Shown here in pieces: positions 31,778 through 41,007 of a DNA stretch of 64,000 bases. Position numbers and translations under genes: made by a program. Source of the stretch: an uncultured Clostridia bacterium (GTDB taxonomy: Bacteria > Bacillota > Clostridia > TANB77 > CAG-508). Below the pieces are notes generated by a model that saw only the letters and a list, made by a program, of their open reading frames with translations, did no database searches and had not been told where the DNA came from. The stretch's first letter is position 1. Every line of letters begins with the position of its first letter. The DNA lies in assembly GCA_947623595.1 (NCBI GenBank), contig CANQHC010000002.1:951-64950 (forward strand), read 5' to 3'.

Positions 31778-33217
31778 ATGTCAAGAGAAGATTATGAAAT
31801 AGTAATAGGATTAGAAGTGCATGCAGAACTTTCTACGAAAACAAAAATCTTTTGTAGTTGCCCTACAGAGTTTGGAGCAGAACCAAATACACATACTTGT
31901 CCTGTTTGTATGGCTATGCCAGGAGCACTTCCTGTATTAAATGAGAAAGTTGTTGAATATGCTGTAAAAGCAGGATTGGCAACAGATTGTACAATTGCAA
32001 AAGAAAGTAAAAATGATAGAAAAAATTATTTTTATCCAGATCTTCCAAAATCTTATCAAATTTCTCAATTTGATAAGCCACTTTGTGCACATGGAAAAGT
32101 TGAGATTGAAGAAGATGGAAATGTAAAAACTATTGGAATTACTAGAATTCATATTGAAGAAGATGCTGGAAAATTAAATCATAATGAATTTGGAAGCGGA
32201 AGTTTAGTTGACTTAAATAGAGCTGGAGTTCCATTAATAGAAATAGTATCAGAGCCTGATATGCGTTCTAGTAGGGATGCAGAAAATTATTTAAGAAAGA
32301 TTAAATCCATACTAGAATATATTGAAGTATCTGATTGTAAAATGCAAGAAGGTTCTTTAAGAGCAGATGTCAATGTTTCAGTTAGAAAAAAAGGAGCTAG
32401 AGAGTTTGGTACCCGTACAGAAATGAAAAATATGAACTCTTTTAGATCAATTGTAAGAGCAATTGATTATGAAGCTGATAGACAAATAGATATATTAGAA
32501 GAAGGCGGAAAGATAGACCAAGAAACATTAAGATGGGATGATGTATCTGGAAGAACATTCTCAATGAGAGATAAAGAGGATGCACAAGATTATAGATATT
32601 TTCCAGAACCTGATTTAGTTGCAATTCGTCTATCTGATGAATATATTGAAAATATTCGTAAAAATTTACCAGAATTACCAGAAAGCAGAAAAAAGAGGTA
32701 TTTAGAAGAATATAAATTAACAGAAAAAGAATCTAAGATGTTGACAAGTTCAAAATATATGTCAAACATATTTGAGGAAGCACTAAAAATATGTGGAAAT
32801 GCTAAAGCTGTAGCAAATTGGTTATTATCAGATGTTTCTAGAATTCTAAATGAGAAAGAATTAGAACCAGATCAAATACCATTTACAGCACAAGATTTAG
32901 CTAAAATGATTATATTAATTGAAAAAGGAACAATTAGTTCTGCAATAGGTAAGAAAGTATTGGAAGAACTATTTGAAAATCCAAAAGATCCAGAAAAAAT
33001 AATAGAAGAAAAAGGATGGATTCAAATTTCTGATGAAGGTGCTATAAAAGAAGTTGTAATGAAAATACTTGATAATAATCCACAATCAATAGCAGATTTT
33101 AAAGCAGGAAAAGATAGAGCATTAGGATTTTTAGTAGGTCAGGCAATGAAGGAAACAAAAGGAAAGGCAAATCCTAAAATGTTAAATGAAATGTTTTTAG
33201 AAGAGTTAAATAAATAA
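31778..33217 (+). CDS. gatB: Asp-tRNA(Asn)/Glu-tRNA(Gln) amidotransferase subunit B
   Basis: MSREDYEIVIGLEVHAEL, a typical GatB N-terminus, with a C-terminal YqeY-like domain. 479 aa. Confidence 0.9.
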   Translation: MSREDYEIVIGLEVHAELSTKTKIFCSCPTEFGAEPNTHTCPVCMAMPGALPVLNEKVVEYAVKAGLATDCTIAKESKNDRKNYFYPDLPKSYQISQFDKPLCAHGKVEIEEDGNVKTIGITRIHIEEDAGKLNHNEFGSGSLVDLNRAGVPLIEIVSEPDMRSSRDAENYLRKIKSILEYIEVSDCKMQEGSLRADVNVSVRKKGAREFGTRTEMKNMNSFRSIVRAIDYEADRQIDILEEGGKIDQETLRWDDVSGRTFSMRDKEDAQDYRYFPEPDLVAIRLSDEYIENIRKNLPELPESRKKRYLEEYKLTEKESKMLTSSKYMSNIFEEALKICGNAKAVANWLLSDVSRILNEKELEPDQIPFTAQDLAKMIILIEKGTISSAIGKKVLEELFENPKDPEKIIEEKGWIQISDEGAIKEVVMKILDNNPQSIADFKAGKDRALGFLVGQAMKETKGKANPKMLNEMFLEELNK

Positions 33218-33219
33218 TA

Positions 33220-33241
33220 AAAGTGGCGAAAGCCACTTTTA
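33220..33241 (+). terminator. Intrinsic terminator after gatB
   Basis: AAAGTGGC-gaaa-GCCACTTT with a GNRA-like loop, followed by TT. Confidence 0.7.
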
Positions 33242-33297
33242 TTAGTATGCAGGTATTTGACTTTCAAAAACTGACATGGCTAAGTATGTATGAAATA

Positions 33298-33555
33298 TTA
33301 ATCACCTAAATCTGTTTTTATTTTTTGAAAAGCAAGTCCACAAATAATTACTGTGATTATAAAGAAAAGACTAGCCTTAAATAAAGAAATACCAATATAA
33401 AAAATCATAGGAGAAGTATAGAAAAAGTCATAAATTAATAAAATAAAAGTAGCTATAAGATTAATTCCAAAGGTAAATTTTAAACCTGATTTTATAAGTT
33501 GAATAATATGTTCATCTATTTTTTGAAAACTAATTAATAATTGTTTCATACACAT
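33298..33555 (-). CDS. Small hypothetical membrane protein
   Basis: 85-aa ORF with two predicted TM helices. I found no clear RBS. Confidence 0.25.
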   Translation of the reverse strand: MCMKQLLISFQKIDEHIIQLIKSGLKFTFGINLIATFILLIYDFFYTSPMIFYIGISLFKASLFFIITVIICGLAFQKIKTDLGD

Positions 33556-33670
33556 AACCTCACATTTCTATTTGAAAATAAATAATTTTCAAAACATTAT
33601 CCCTTATTACAATACTAGCATAATAAAAAGCTAAAAACAAAGGAAATTAATTCCAGAGAAGGCTAATTTG

Positions 33671-33700
33671 CAAAAAAAAAAGATGCTATAGTTAGCATCC
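33671..33700 (-). terminator. Intrinsic terminator of rpsT
   Basis: On the minus strand a GATGCTA-acta-TAGCATC hairpin is followed by T10. Confidence 0.65.
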
Positions 33701-33733
33701 CTTTTAAAAAAACTGTGCACAATTTTTTTAAAA

Positions 33734-34000
33734 TTAAGCATTCATTGCATTTAATTTTTTTGCCATATTAGATTTTTTTCTAGCTGCAGTGTTTTTTACA
33801 ATAACACCTTTTGTACAAGCTTGATCTACTTTTTGAGTAGCTAAAGATAATAATTTAGTAGCTTCTTCTTTATTTCCAGCTTCAACAGCTTGTTCAAATT
33901 TTTTTATTGCTGATTTATATCCAGATTTAATCATGTTATTTCTGGCTGTTTTCTTTTCAATAACACTAACACGTTTAATAGCTGATTTAATATTTGGCAT
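33734..34000 (-). CDS. rpsT: 30S ribosomal protein S20
   Basis: 88 aa, [26 protein letters not shown]..., a typical S20. Confidence 0.88.
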   Translation of the reverse strand: MPNIKSAIKRVSVIEKKTARNNMIKSGYKSAIKKFEQAVEAGNKEEATKLLSLATQKVDQACTKGVIVKNTAARKKSNMAKKLNAMNA

Positions 34001-34265
34001 TGATTAGCACCTCCTCTTTTAGCACTATGTACAAATAACAAAATATATTGTAGCATATTTTTTCTAAGATGGCAAGCAATTTTTGCTAATTTTTAACACC
34101 AAAATAGAAGATACCATTAGTTAAATAACTAATTATGAAAAAAAAATTAGTTTACTAAGGTGGCATAAAAGTAGTATTTTTTTAAAATACTTGAAAAATA
34201 TAATAAAAACATATATAATAAAACCACTAATTGAGAATAAAGAAAAATTGGAAGGAGAGATTTTT

Positions 34266-34799
34266 ATGAACATCAAAATAGTAGGAAAAGAACTAAAAGC
34301 AACAGAAGCTATAAAAGATTACATCGGTAAAAAATCAGAGAGATTAGTAAAATATTTTGGAGATCAATTAGATGTAACTGCAACCATTAAAACAGAAGGT
34401 GGTATGCAAGTAGCAGAAATGGAAGTTAAAGTACCTACAGATAGATTTAGAGCAGTAACAGCTCACAGAGATTTATATGCCTCTATTGATAAAGACATAG
34501 ATATTTTGGAAGGTCAAATTAGAAAAATGAAAACTAAAAAAGATCAACAAAATATGACAGATTCTATTAGAAACAAAGAAATAGCAAGAGAGATAGAAGA
34601 ACACCCAATAGAAGATGAGATTATTAAAACATTATATTATGAAATTAAACCACTAGCTCCAGAAGATGCAAAATTGAAATTAGAAGAAAAGCCACAAGAT
34701 AGGTTTTTAACTTTCATAAATATAGAAACAGGAAAAGTAAATGTAATATATCGTTTAAAAGATAATAAAAATTATGGATTAGTAGAACCAGAAGCTTAA
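34266..34799 (+). CDS. hpf: Ribosome hibernation promoting factor (long HPF)
   Basis: MNIKIVGKELKATEAIKDYIGKKSERL... N-terminal RaiA/YfiA domain with a C-terminal dimerization extension. RBS GGAAGGAGAG. Confidence 0.85.
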   Translation: MNIKIVGKELKATEAIKDYIGKKSERLVKYFGDQLDVTATIKTEGGMQVAEMEVKVPTDRFRAVTAHRDLYASIDKDIDILEGQIRKMKTKKDQQNMTDSIRNKEIAREIEEHPIEDEIIKTLYYEIKPLAPEDAKLKLEEKPQDRFLTFINIETGKVNVIYRLKDNKNYGLVEPEA

Positions 34800-34904
34800 A
34801 AATCAAAAAAGGCTTTCCTTTATATTAAGGGATTGCCTTTTTTAAGTTGGTGATTTTATATATGTGGGAAAACATTTTGATTAAATTTGTGGAGGGAAGG
34901 AAGC

Positions 34905-35466
34905 GTGAGAAAAATTTTTTTAATTATAATATGTATTATTTTAATTTTAATAATAATAGCCATTTCTATAATAGGAAATTATTTTTATAATTTAGCTCTA
35001 AATCCATTATCTCCTAAAACAATAGTACTTGGAAATGATAATAAAACAGAGCAAGAAGAGCTAGAGCAACTAGAAAATGAGGCATGGCTTGAAGAACATT
35101 CTAAATCTGTAATAATTTCGTCTTACGATAATTTGAAATTACATAGCTTTGAATTAAAAAATAGTGAGGAATCTAATAAATGGGTAATCGTTATCCATGG
35201 CTATACTAGTAAAGCAAAAGATATGGTAAATTCTATAAGAAGCTTCTAGTATAGAACAAGTAAAAAAATCAGTTACGCCAACTTTATTTATCCATGGAGA
35301 TCAGGATAATTTTGTTCCATATTATATGTTAGATATAGTATATGATGCAGCAAATTGTGAAAAAGAAAAATTAGTAATAGAAGGTGCAGGGCATGGAGAA
35401 TCGTCAAAAGTAAATCCAACTTTATATTGGAATACAATAAAAGAATTTATTAGAAAATATATATAA
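34905..35466 (+). pseudogene. Alpha/beta hydrolase gene remnant with an internal deletion and frame change
   Basis: The N-terminal fragment (34905-35249) has a TM helix plus the oxyanion HG motif (VIVIHGYTSKAKDM) and ends at TAG. An RBS-less C-terminal fragment (35251-35466, other frame) encodes the catalytic Asp/His region (LFIHGDQDNFVP...EGAGHGES). The nucleophile GxSxG segment, about 120 aa, is missing. Confidence 0.55.
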
Positions 35467-35582
35467 TAGGATAAAATTTCATTAGTTGCAATAAAAGTAT
35501 ATATGAAAAAGATATTTTCCATCTAAAATGGAATAATGACGAAGTAAAAAAGTTAATGATACAATAAGAAAGGGGTAAAAAC

Positions 35583-36476
35583 ATGTATGAATTAGAAAAA
35601 ATAGGAGAAAAAACATATTATATTAAAAGTCCGAACAATGTAGGAATTTATAAAATAAATGATCAAGAAGTATATTTAATAGATGCGGGAAATGATAAAG
35701 ATGCAGGAAAAAAGATACTCAAAATAGTGCAAGAGCAAGGTTGGAATGTAAAAGGGATTATAAACACTCACTCAAATGCAGACCATGTAGGTGGTGACAA
35801 AGTTATTCAAGAAAGAACACAGTGTGGAATTTTGGCACATGGAATAGAAAAAGTAATCACACAATACCCAATTTTAGAGCCAGCTTTCCTATATAGTGGC
35901 TTTCCATTTCAAGATTTAAGAAATAAATTTTTGATGGCAAAGGCACCGGAAAAAGTCAAGGAATTAGAAGAAAATTTGCCAGAAGGATTAGAAGTATTAC
36001 ATCTACCAGGACATTTTTTTGATATGATAGGAATAAAAACAGATGATAATGTTTATTTTTTAGCAGATAGCTTATTTAGTAAAGAAACTATTGAAAAATA
36101 TCATATATTTTTCATATATGATGTTGAAAGCTTTTTAAAAACTCTTGATATGTTAGAAACTCTAGAAGGAAAAATTTATGTGCCATGTCATAATGAAAGT
36201 TTAACTGACTTGCATGAATTAGTTGCAATAAACAGAAAAAAAATATATGAAATATGTGACACTATTATAGACATATTAAAAGTTCCTATGACTTTTGAAA
36301 AATTATTAAAAGAAATATTTGACAGATATTCTCTAATAATGAATACAAATCAATATGTACTAGTTGGAAGTACAGTTCGATCATATTTAGCGTATTTAAA
36401 AGATAAGAATCAAGTTTGTTTCGAAATAGTTGAAAATGAAATGATTTGGAAAAATAATATTAAAAATTCAAATTAA
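35583..36476 (+). CDS. MBL-fold metallo-hydrolase
   Basis: Metallo-beta-lactamase-like metal-binding region (INTHSNADHVGGD; later H residues). 297 aa. RBS AAAGGGG. Confidence 0.6.
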   Translation: MYELEKIGEKTYYIKSPNNVGIYKINDQEVYLIDAGNDKDAGKKILKIVQEQGWNVKGIINTHSNADHVGGDKVIQERTQCGILAHGIEKVITQYPILEPAFLYSGFPFQDLRNKFLMAKAPEKVKELEENLPEGLEVLHLPGHFFDMIGIKTDDNVYFLADSLFSKETIEKYHIFFIYDVESFLKTLDMLETLEGKIYVPCHNESLTDLHELVAINRKKIYEICDTIIDILKVPMTFEKLLKEIFDRYSLIMNTNQYVLVGSTVRSYLAYLKDKNQVCFEIVENEMIWKNNIKNSN

Positions 36477-36546
36477 TGGAGATAAATTTAATCTTTAAAA
36501 TTGCAAGAAAAAAGTAAGAAATTAAATAAGAGGATTAAAATATATG

Positions 36547-36595
36547 AAAAAAGAAACCTACTTAAATATGTATATCTAAATAGGTTTCTTTTTTA
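36547..36595. terminator. Bidirectional terminator between the MBL gene (+) and the SASP gene (-)
   Basis: AAGAAACCTA...TAGGTTTCTT 10-bp stem flanked by an A-run upstream and a T-run downstream. Confidence 0.6.
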
Positions 36596-36664
36596 TTGTA
36601 TAATACTATACAACAAAGTTTATAACATTTTACAACACTAGTATGAGATAATTACTTATTTAAA

Positions 36665-36868
36665 CTATTTCATATTGTTTTCAGCTTGTTGAATCATTTT
36701 TCTAACCATATTACCACCGATTCTACCAGCATCTCTTGAAGATAAATCTCCATTATATCCGTCTTTTAAGTTAACACCAACTTCGCTAGCAACTTCATAT
36801 TTGAATTTGTTAAGTGCATCTTTAGCTTCTGGAACTACTGATCTATTACTGTTATTTGAATTTGCCAT
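36665..36868 (-). CDS. Small acid-soluble spore protein, alpha/beta type
   Basis: 67 aa, MANSNNSNRSVVPEAKDALNKFKYEVASEVGVNLKDGYNGDLSSRDAGRIGG, the conserved alpha/beta-SASP signature. AGGAGG lies 8 nt upstream of ATG 36868. Confidence 0.85.
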   Translation of the reverse strand: MANSNNSNRSVVPEAKDALNKFKYEVASEVGVNLKDGYNGDLSSRDAGRIGGNMVRKMIQQAENNMK

Positions 36869-37096
36869 GTTTTTCACCTCCTAGAATGTGATTGTTTGTT
36901 TTATTGAAAAAACTATCTTGCTTTTTCAGTATTTATCTTGCACAATTAGCAAGAAAATAAACTGGTAAATTTTACAAAGAAAGTGAAAAAAATATATATT
37001 TAGTATGAGAAAATAGAAAAAAATTATTATAAAAATATGAAAAAATTAAATATATTAAAAAATAAATTTAGAAGCAAAATTTGGAATAAAAATACA

Positions 37097-37126
37097 TTGA
37101 CATTTTTCTACAAAAAAGAATATAAT
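37097..37126 (+). promoter_or_regulatory. Consensus sigma-A promoter (TTGACA-18-TATAAT)
   Basis: TTGACA 37097-37102, an 18-nt spacer, TATAAT 37121-37126. It sits upstream of the 37195 gene. Confidence 0.55.
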
Positions 37127-37194
37127 GTTTGTAAATATGATAATTTTTTTTATTTATGTAAAAATATTAAAAGTACTAAAGAATAGGAGAAAAT

Positions 37195-38157
37195 ATGAAA
37201 AAATTAAGCAAAATTTTTATTTTGATATTGTTATGCACTTGTATTTTTTCAACAGTGGTATTTGCTGATGTTGGAAGTTTTGAAGATTATGATAGTGGTG
37301 GTTCTTGGGATTCTTGGGATAGTGGTAGCTCCTGGGATAGTGGCAGTTCATGGGATTATGATTATGATGATTATGACTATGACGATGATGATTATTATTC
37401 TAGTAGTAACAGAGTAATAAGTGACGATTATATTGTAGTTTTAACAATAACAGGTATGTTTGTATTTATAATAATTGGTCTTACAATTAGTAAAAGGCAA
37501 AGTAGAAGAAATAATGCAACAAATGAATTTTATAGAAGAAATTTAAACACTGATTCTGCTCAAAAAATAAAGTCTATGGAAGTTTTAGAAGTACAAATAG
37601 AAAATAAAATACAAGCAAATGATCCAAACTTTAATAAAGAAGAGTTTGTTGCATGGAGTAAAAATTTATTTATTAAATTACAACAAGCATGGACTGCAAG
37701 AGACTGGTCAGTAATTAGAGTATTTGAAACAGAATCTCTATATGAACAACACAAAAATCAATTACAAGGGTATATTGATAATAATCAAATTAATGTTATG
37801 GATAGAATATGTGTAAATTATGCACATTTATGTGCATATACTCAACAAGGTGATAAAGAAGTATTAACAGTAAGGTTAAACTCTAGAATGGCTGATTATA
37901 TTATAGATGCAACAACAAAGCAAGTAATAAAAGGTGATAAAACAACAGAAAGAGTAAATACATATTTGTTAACATTTGTTAGAAAAAATGGAGTAAAAAC
38001 AAAACCGGGCACAATGGAAGTTGAAACTACAAATTGTCCAAATTGTGGAGCCCCAACACAAATTACTTCTGCAGGTAAATGTCAATATTGTGGAAGTGTT
38101 ATTACAACAGGAGAACATAGTTGGGCACTTTCAAATCTAGAAAGAGAAAGAACATAA
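37195..38157 (+). CDS. Membrane protein with a signal peptide, an acidic S-W-D/Y-D repeat, one TM helix, a Tim44/NTF2-like domain and a C-terminal CxxC...CxxC zinc ribbon (YdjG-like)
   Basis: MKKLSKIFILILL... signal. Repeat GSWDSWDSGSSWDSGSSWDYDYDDYDYDDDDYY. TM helix VVLTITGMFVFIIIGLTI. C-terminal CPNCGAPTQITSAGKCQYCG. Confidence 0.5.
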   Translation: MKKLSKIFILILLCTCIFSTVVFADVGSFEDYDSGGSWDSWDSGSSWDSGSSWDYDYDDYDYDDDDYYSSSNRVISDDYIVVLTITGMFVFIIIGLTISKRQSRRNNATNEFYRRNLNTDSAQKIKSMEVLEVQIENKIQANDPNFNKEEFVAWSKNLFIKLQQAWTARDWSVIRVFETESLYEQHKNQLQGYIDNNQINVMDRICVNYAHLCAYTQQGDKEVLTVRLNSRMADYIIDATTKQVIKGDKTTERVNTYLLTFVRKNGVKTKPGTMEVETTNCPNCGAPTQITSAGKCQYCGSVITTGEHSWALSNLERERT

Positions 38158-38292
38158 AAATAGTAATAAAAAATTTATTAATGATTTCGAAATTTGTTAT
38201 AATAAAATTTTATAGAAATTGCACTAAAAGTGCAATTTCTTAGAACTTAAAATATTGTGCAAAAGCACAAAAAAGAAAGGAATGTGAATAAT

Positions 38293-39588
38293 ATGGGATT
38301 AATTAAAGCAGCAAAAGAAGCAATAAAGGGAACTTTTGCAGATCAATGGAAGGAAGCAATTCGTTGTGAGGATTTAAACAATGACGTATTAATGGTTAAA
38401 AAAACAACACCAAATGGAGTAATTAGTAATAAGAGTACTATTATCGTAGCACCTGGACAATGTGCAGTTATTTATGATAATGGTAAAGTAATTGATGCAA
38501 CTGCAGAAGAAGGTTTTTATAGTTTTGATTCATCATCTTCACCATCTTTTTTTGCAGGTGATTTTGGAAAAACTTTTAAAGAAATGTGGCAAAGATTTAC
38601 TTATGGAGGAAAGGTTGCAAAAGAGCAAGCAGTATTTTTCTTTAATCTAAAGGAAATTATCGATAATAAATTCGGAACAGCAGCACCAATTCCATTTCAA
38701 GATTGGTCACATCCAATTCCAAATCAAATGACAAATACTATAACTCCAATGAGAGTTCAAATCAAATGTTATGGAAAATATACTTTTAAGATTAGCAATC
38801 CAGCATTATTTATGCAGGAATTAGCTGGAACTGCAGAAAGATATACTAAAGAAAAAGTTGTAGAACAAATTAGAGCTGAAGTAATCGCTGTTTTTCAAAA
38901 TTTGGTAAATGAATTAGGCTCAGAAAAACATAAAATACCAGTTCTAGAAATGCCAAGTCAAACAGATGAAATTAGAGCAATGATGGATGAAATGGTTTTT
39001 GACGAGCCAGTTAGAAAAAGAGGACTTTCAATTGTAGGCTTTGCTGTAGAGTCTGTTACTTTAGATGAAGAGTCTGAAAGAAAGATTGATCAATACGAAT
39101 TAAGTTCAAATGCACATATGCAACAAGGAAGATTGGTTGACGCATATGCTGAAGCTGTTCAAAGTGCTGCTGAAAATAAGAGTGGATCAATTAATGGATT
39201 TATGGGAATAGGTATGATGAATATGGCAACTAATGGAATGGTTGGCGGAGCAGCTACAGGTCCTTGGCAAAATACTCAAAATAGTCAAATGGATTTGAGT
39301 GGTATGCAAAATACTAATATTAATACAGTACAAAATAACAATAATGCACAAGAATCAAGTCAGCAACAAAATGTTAATCCAGCAGAAAACGCACCAAAAC
39401 AGAATGTTCAATTACCAAAAAATTCAAATGTAGAAGAATGGCAATGTTCATGTGGTGCAAAAAATATAGGAAAATTCTGTAGCAATTGTGGAAGTCCAAA
39501 AGTTTTAAAGAAACAATGTCCAAACTGTAAAGCTATTAATAATGCAGAAGATAAATTCTGCGGAGAATGTGGAACTAAACTTGATTAA
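38293..39588 (+). CDS. SPFH/band-7-like (COG4260, YdjI-like) protein with C-terminal tandem zinc ribbons
   Basis: About 430 aa. The central region resembles stomatin/prohibitin-like COG4260 proteins. A Q/N-rich linker is followed by CSCGAKNIGKFCSNCG and CPNCKAINNAEDKFCGECG. RBS AAAGGAA. Confidence 0.5.
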   Translation: MGLIKAAKEAIKGTFADQWKEAIRCEDLNNDVLMVKKTTPNGVISNKSTIIVAPGQCAVIYDNGKVIDATAEEGFYSFDSSSSPSFFAGDFGKTFKEMWQRFTYGGKVAKEQAVFFFNLKEIIDNKFGTAAPIPFQDWSHPIPNQMTNTITPMRVQIKCYGKYTFKISNPALFMQELAGTAERYTKEKVVEQIRAEVIAVFQNLVNELGSEKHKIPVLEMPSQTDEIRAMMDEMVFDEPVRKRGLSIVGFAVESVTLDEESERKIDQYELSSNAHMQQGRLVDAYAEAVQSAAENKSGSINGFMGIGMMNMATNGMVGGAATGPWQNTQNSQMDLSGMQNTNINTVQNNNNAQESSQQQNVNPAENAPKQNVQLPKNSNVEEWQCSCGAKNIGKFCSNCGSPKVLKKQCPNCKAINNAEDKFCGECGTKLD

Positions 39589-39633
39589 AAGACATAATAA
39601 AATAATATAATTCAATAAGATTAGGAGAACATT

Positions 39634-40512
39634 ATGTATAAACTAGTTGCAATAGATTTAGATGGAACTTTATTAAATTCTTATGGACAAATTTCAGAGC
39701 ATAATAAAAAAACTATTCAAAAGGCTATTGATAAAGGAATAGAAATAGTTCTAGCTTCAGGAAGAGGGCCAATGTCAGTAGAAAATTTAGCTAACGAGGT
39801 TTGTGCAAATCATTATATGATTTGCGGAAATGGAGCTATAGTTTATGATTTACAGCAAAATAAAGTGATTTATGATAACTGTTTAAGCCAAAAAAAAGTG
39901 TTGCAATTAATTAAAATTTGTGAGGAAAATAGCATTTATTATAGTATTTACACAAAGAATGAAATTATCACGAAAAATTTAGAGTATAATGTACTTTTTT
40001 ATCATCAAGAGAATGCTAGCAAACCAGATAGTAAAAAGACTAATATACATATAGTAGAAAACATATATGATTATGTATTGGGTAGACAGGAAAATGATTA
40101 CATAAAAGTAAATATATGTGATGATAATAATATTATTTTTCAAAGTATTATAAAGAAATTACGAATGGTAAAAGATGTAGATGTATTAGATGTGGGACAT
40201 ATGTCTAGAAAAATAATAAAGTCAGGTACAGAGGAATTTTCAATAGAGTATTATTATACAGAAATAAGTAGCAAAAATGTAGATAAATGGACAGCAATTT
40301 CATTTTTGATTGATCAATTGAAAATACCTAAAGAGCAAGTAATAGCAATAGGCGATAATATTAATGATAAAACTATGCTTGAAAGTGCTGGGTTAGGAGT
40401 TGCTGTTTCAAATGGAGCACCATATGTACAAAAAATGGCTAAAATGGTAACATCTAGCAATAATGAAGATGGAGTAGCAAAAGTAATAGAAGAGAAAATT
40501 CTTTTTAAATAA
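39634..40512 (+). CDS. Cof-type HAD-IIB phosphatase
   Basis: The N-terminal DxD motif (VAIDLDGTLL), a middle domain and C-terminal GDNINDKTM are the HAD motifs I-IV. Confidence 0.8.
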   Translation: MYKLVAIDLDGTLLNSYGQISEHNKKTIQKAIDKGIEIVLASGRGPMSVENLANEVCANHYMICGNGAIVYDLQQNKVIYDNCLSQKKVLQLIKICEENSIYYSIYTKNEIITKNLEYNVLFYHQENASKPDSKKTNIHIVENIYDYVLGRQENDYIKVNICDDNNIIFQSIIKKLRMVKDVDVLDVGHMSRKIIKSGTEEFSIEYYYTEISSKNVDKWTAISFLIDQLKIPKEQVIAIGDNINDKTMLESAGLGVAVSNGAPYVQKMAKMVTSSNNEDGVAKVIEEKILFK

Positions 40513-40575
40513 AATAATATGTATAAAATATATAAAAATGCACATAACTATAAATGATAGGAGTGTGCATTTTTT

Positions 40576-40812
40576 ATGAATAAAAGAGATAAGGCTGGAG
40601 ATAAAAATAGTATAAAAAATAAGGAAATAGAAATAAAAAATAATAAAAAAGCATTGAATAATGAAATGAAAGAAGAAATTGGCGAAATGGAAGAATTTGA
40701 AGATACAACAAAATATGGGGAATTTGTTTCTTCTTATTTTGCATGGCTTTCTTTAGAAAATCAAAAAGAAAATGCTAAAAGGATGGAGAAGATGACTGAT
40801 AGGCAAAAGTAA
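40576..40812 (+). CDS. Small hypothetical K/E-rich protein
   Basis: 78-aa ORF with RBS TAGGAG upstream. I recognised no family. Confidence 0.3.
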   Translation: MNKRDKAGDKNSIKNKEIEIKNNKKALNNEMKEEIGEMEEFEDTTKYGEFVSSYFAWLSLENQKENAKRMEKMTDRQK

Positions 40813-40930
40813 AAATGAAGAAAATAAAAGAAAAAAAGAGAAAAAATGAGTAAATAAGAGTAAGAAAAAGATAATATGTGTAAAATAGAGCAAAATGACC
40901 TAAAAAGATAAGAAAATAAATAAATATTTA

Positions 40931-40985
40931 TTTGATATTTTAAAAAAAGGGAGTATAATACTAGTATAGGTCAAAGAAAGTCAAA
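40931..40985 (+). promoter_or_regulatory. ctsR promoter with a CtsR operator (direct heptad repeat)
   Basis: TTTGAT-17-TATAAT (40931-40959) is followed immediately by GGTCAAAGAAAGTCAAA (40969-40985), which matches the CtsR box consensus (A/G)GTCAAANAN(A/G)GTCAAA. Confidence 0.75.
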
Positions 40986-41007
40986 GTCTAAAAAAGGAAG
41001 TGATTAA

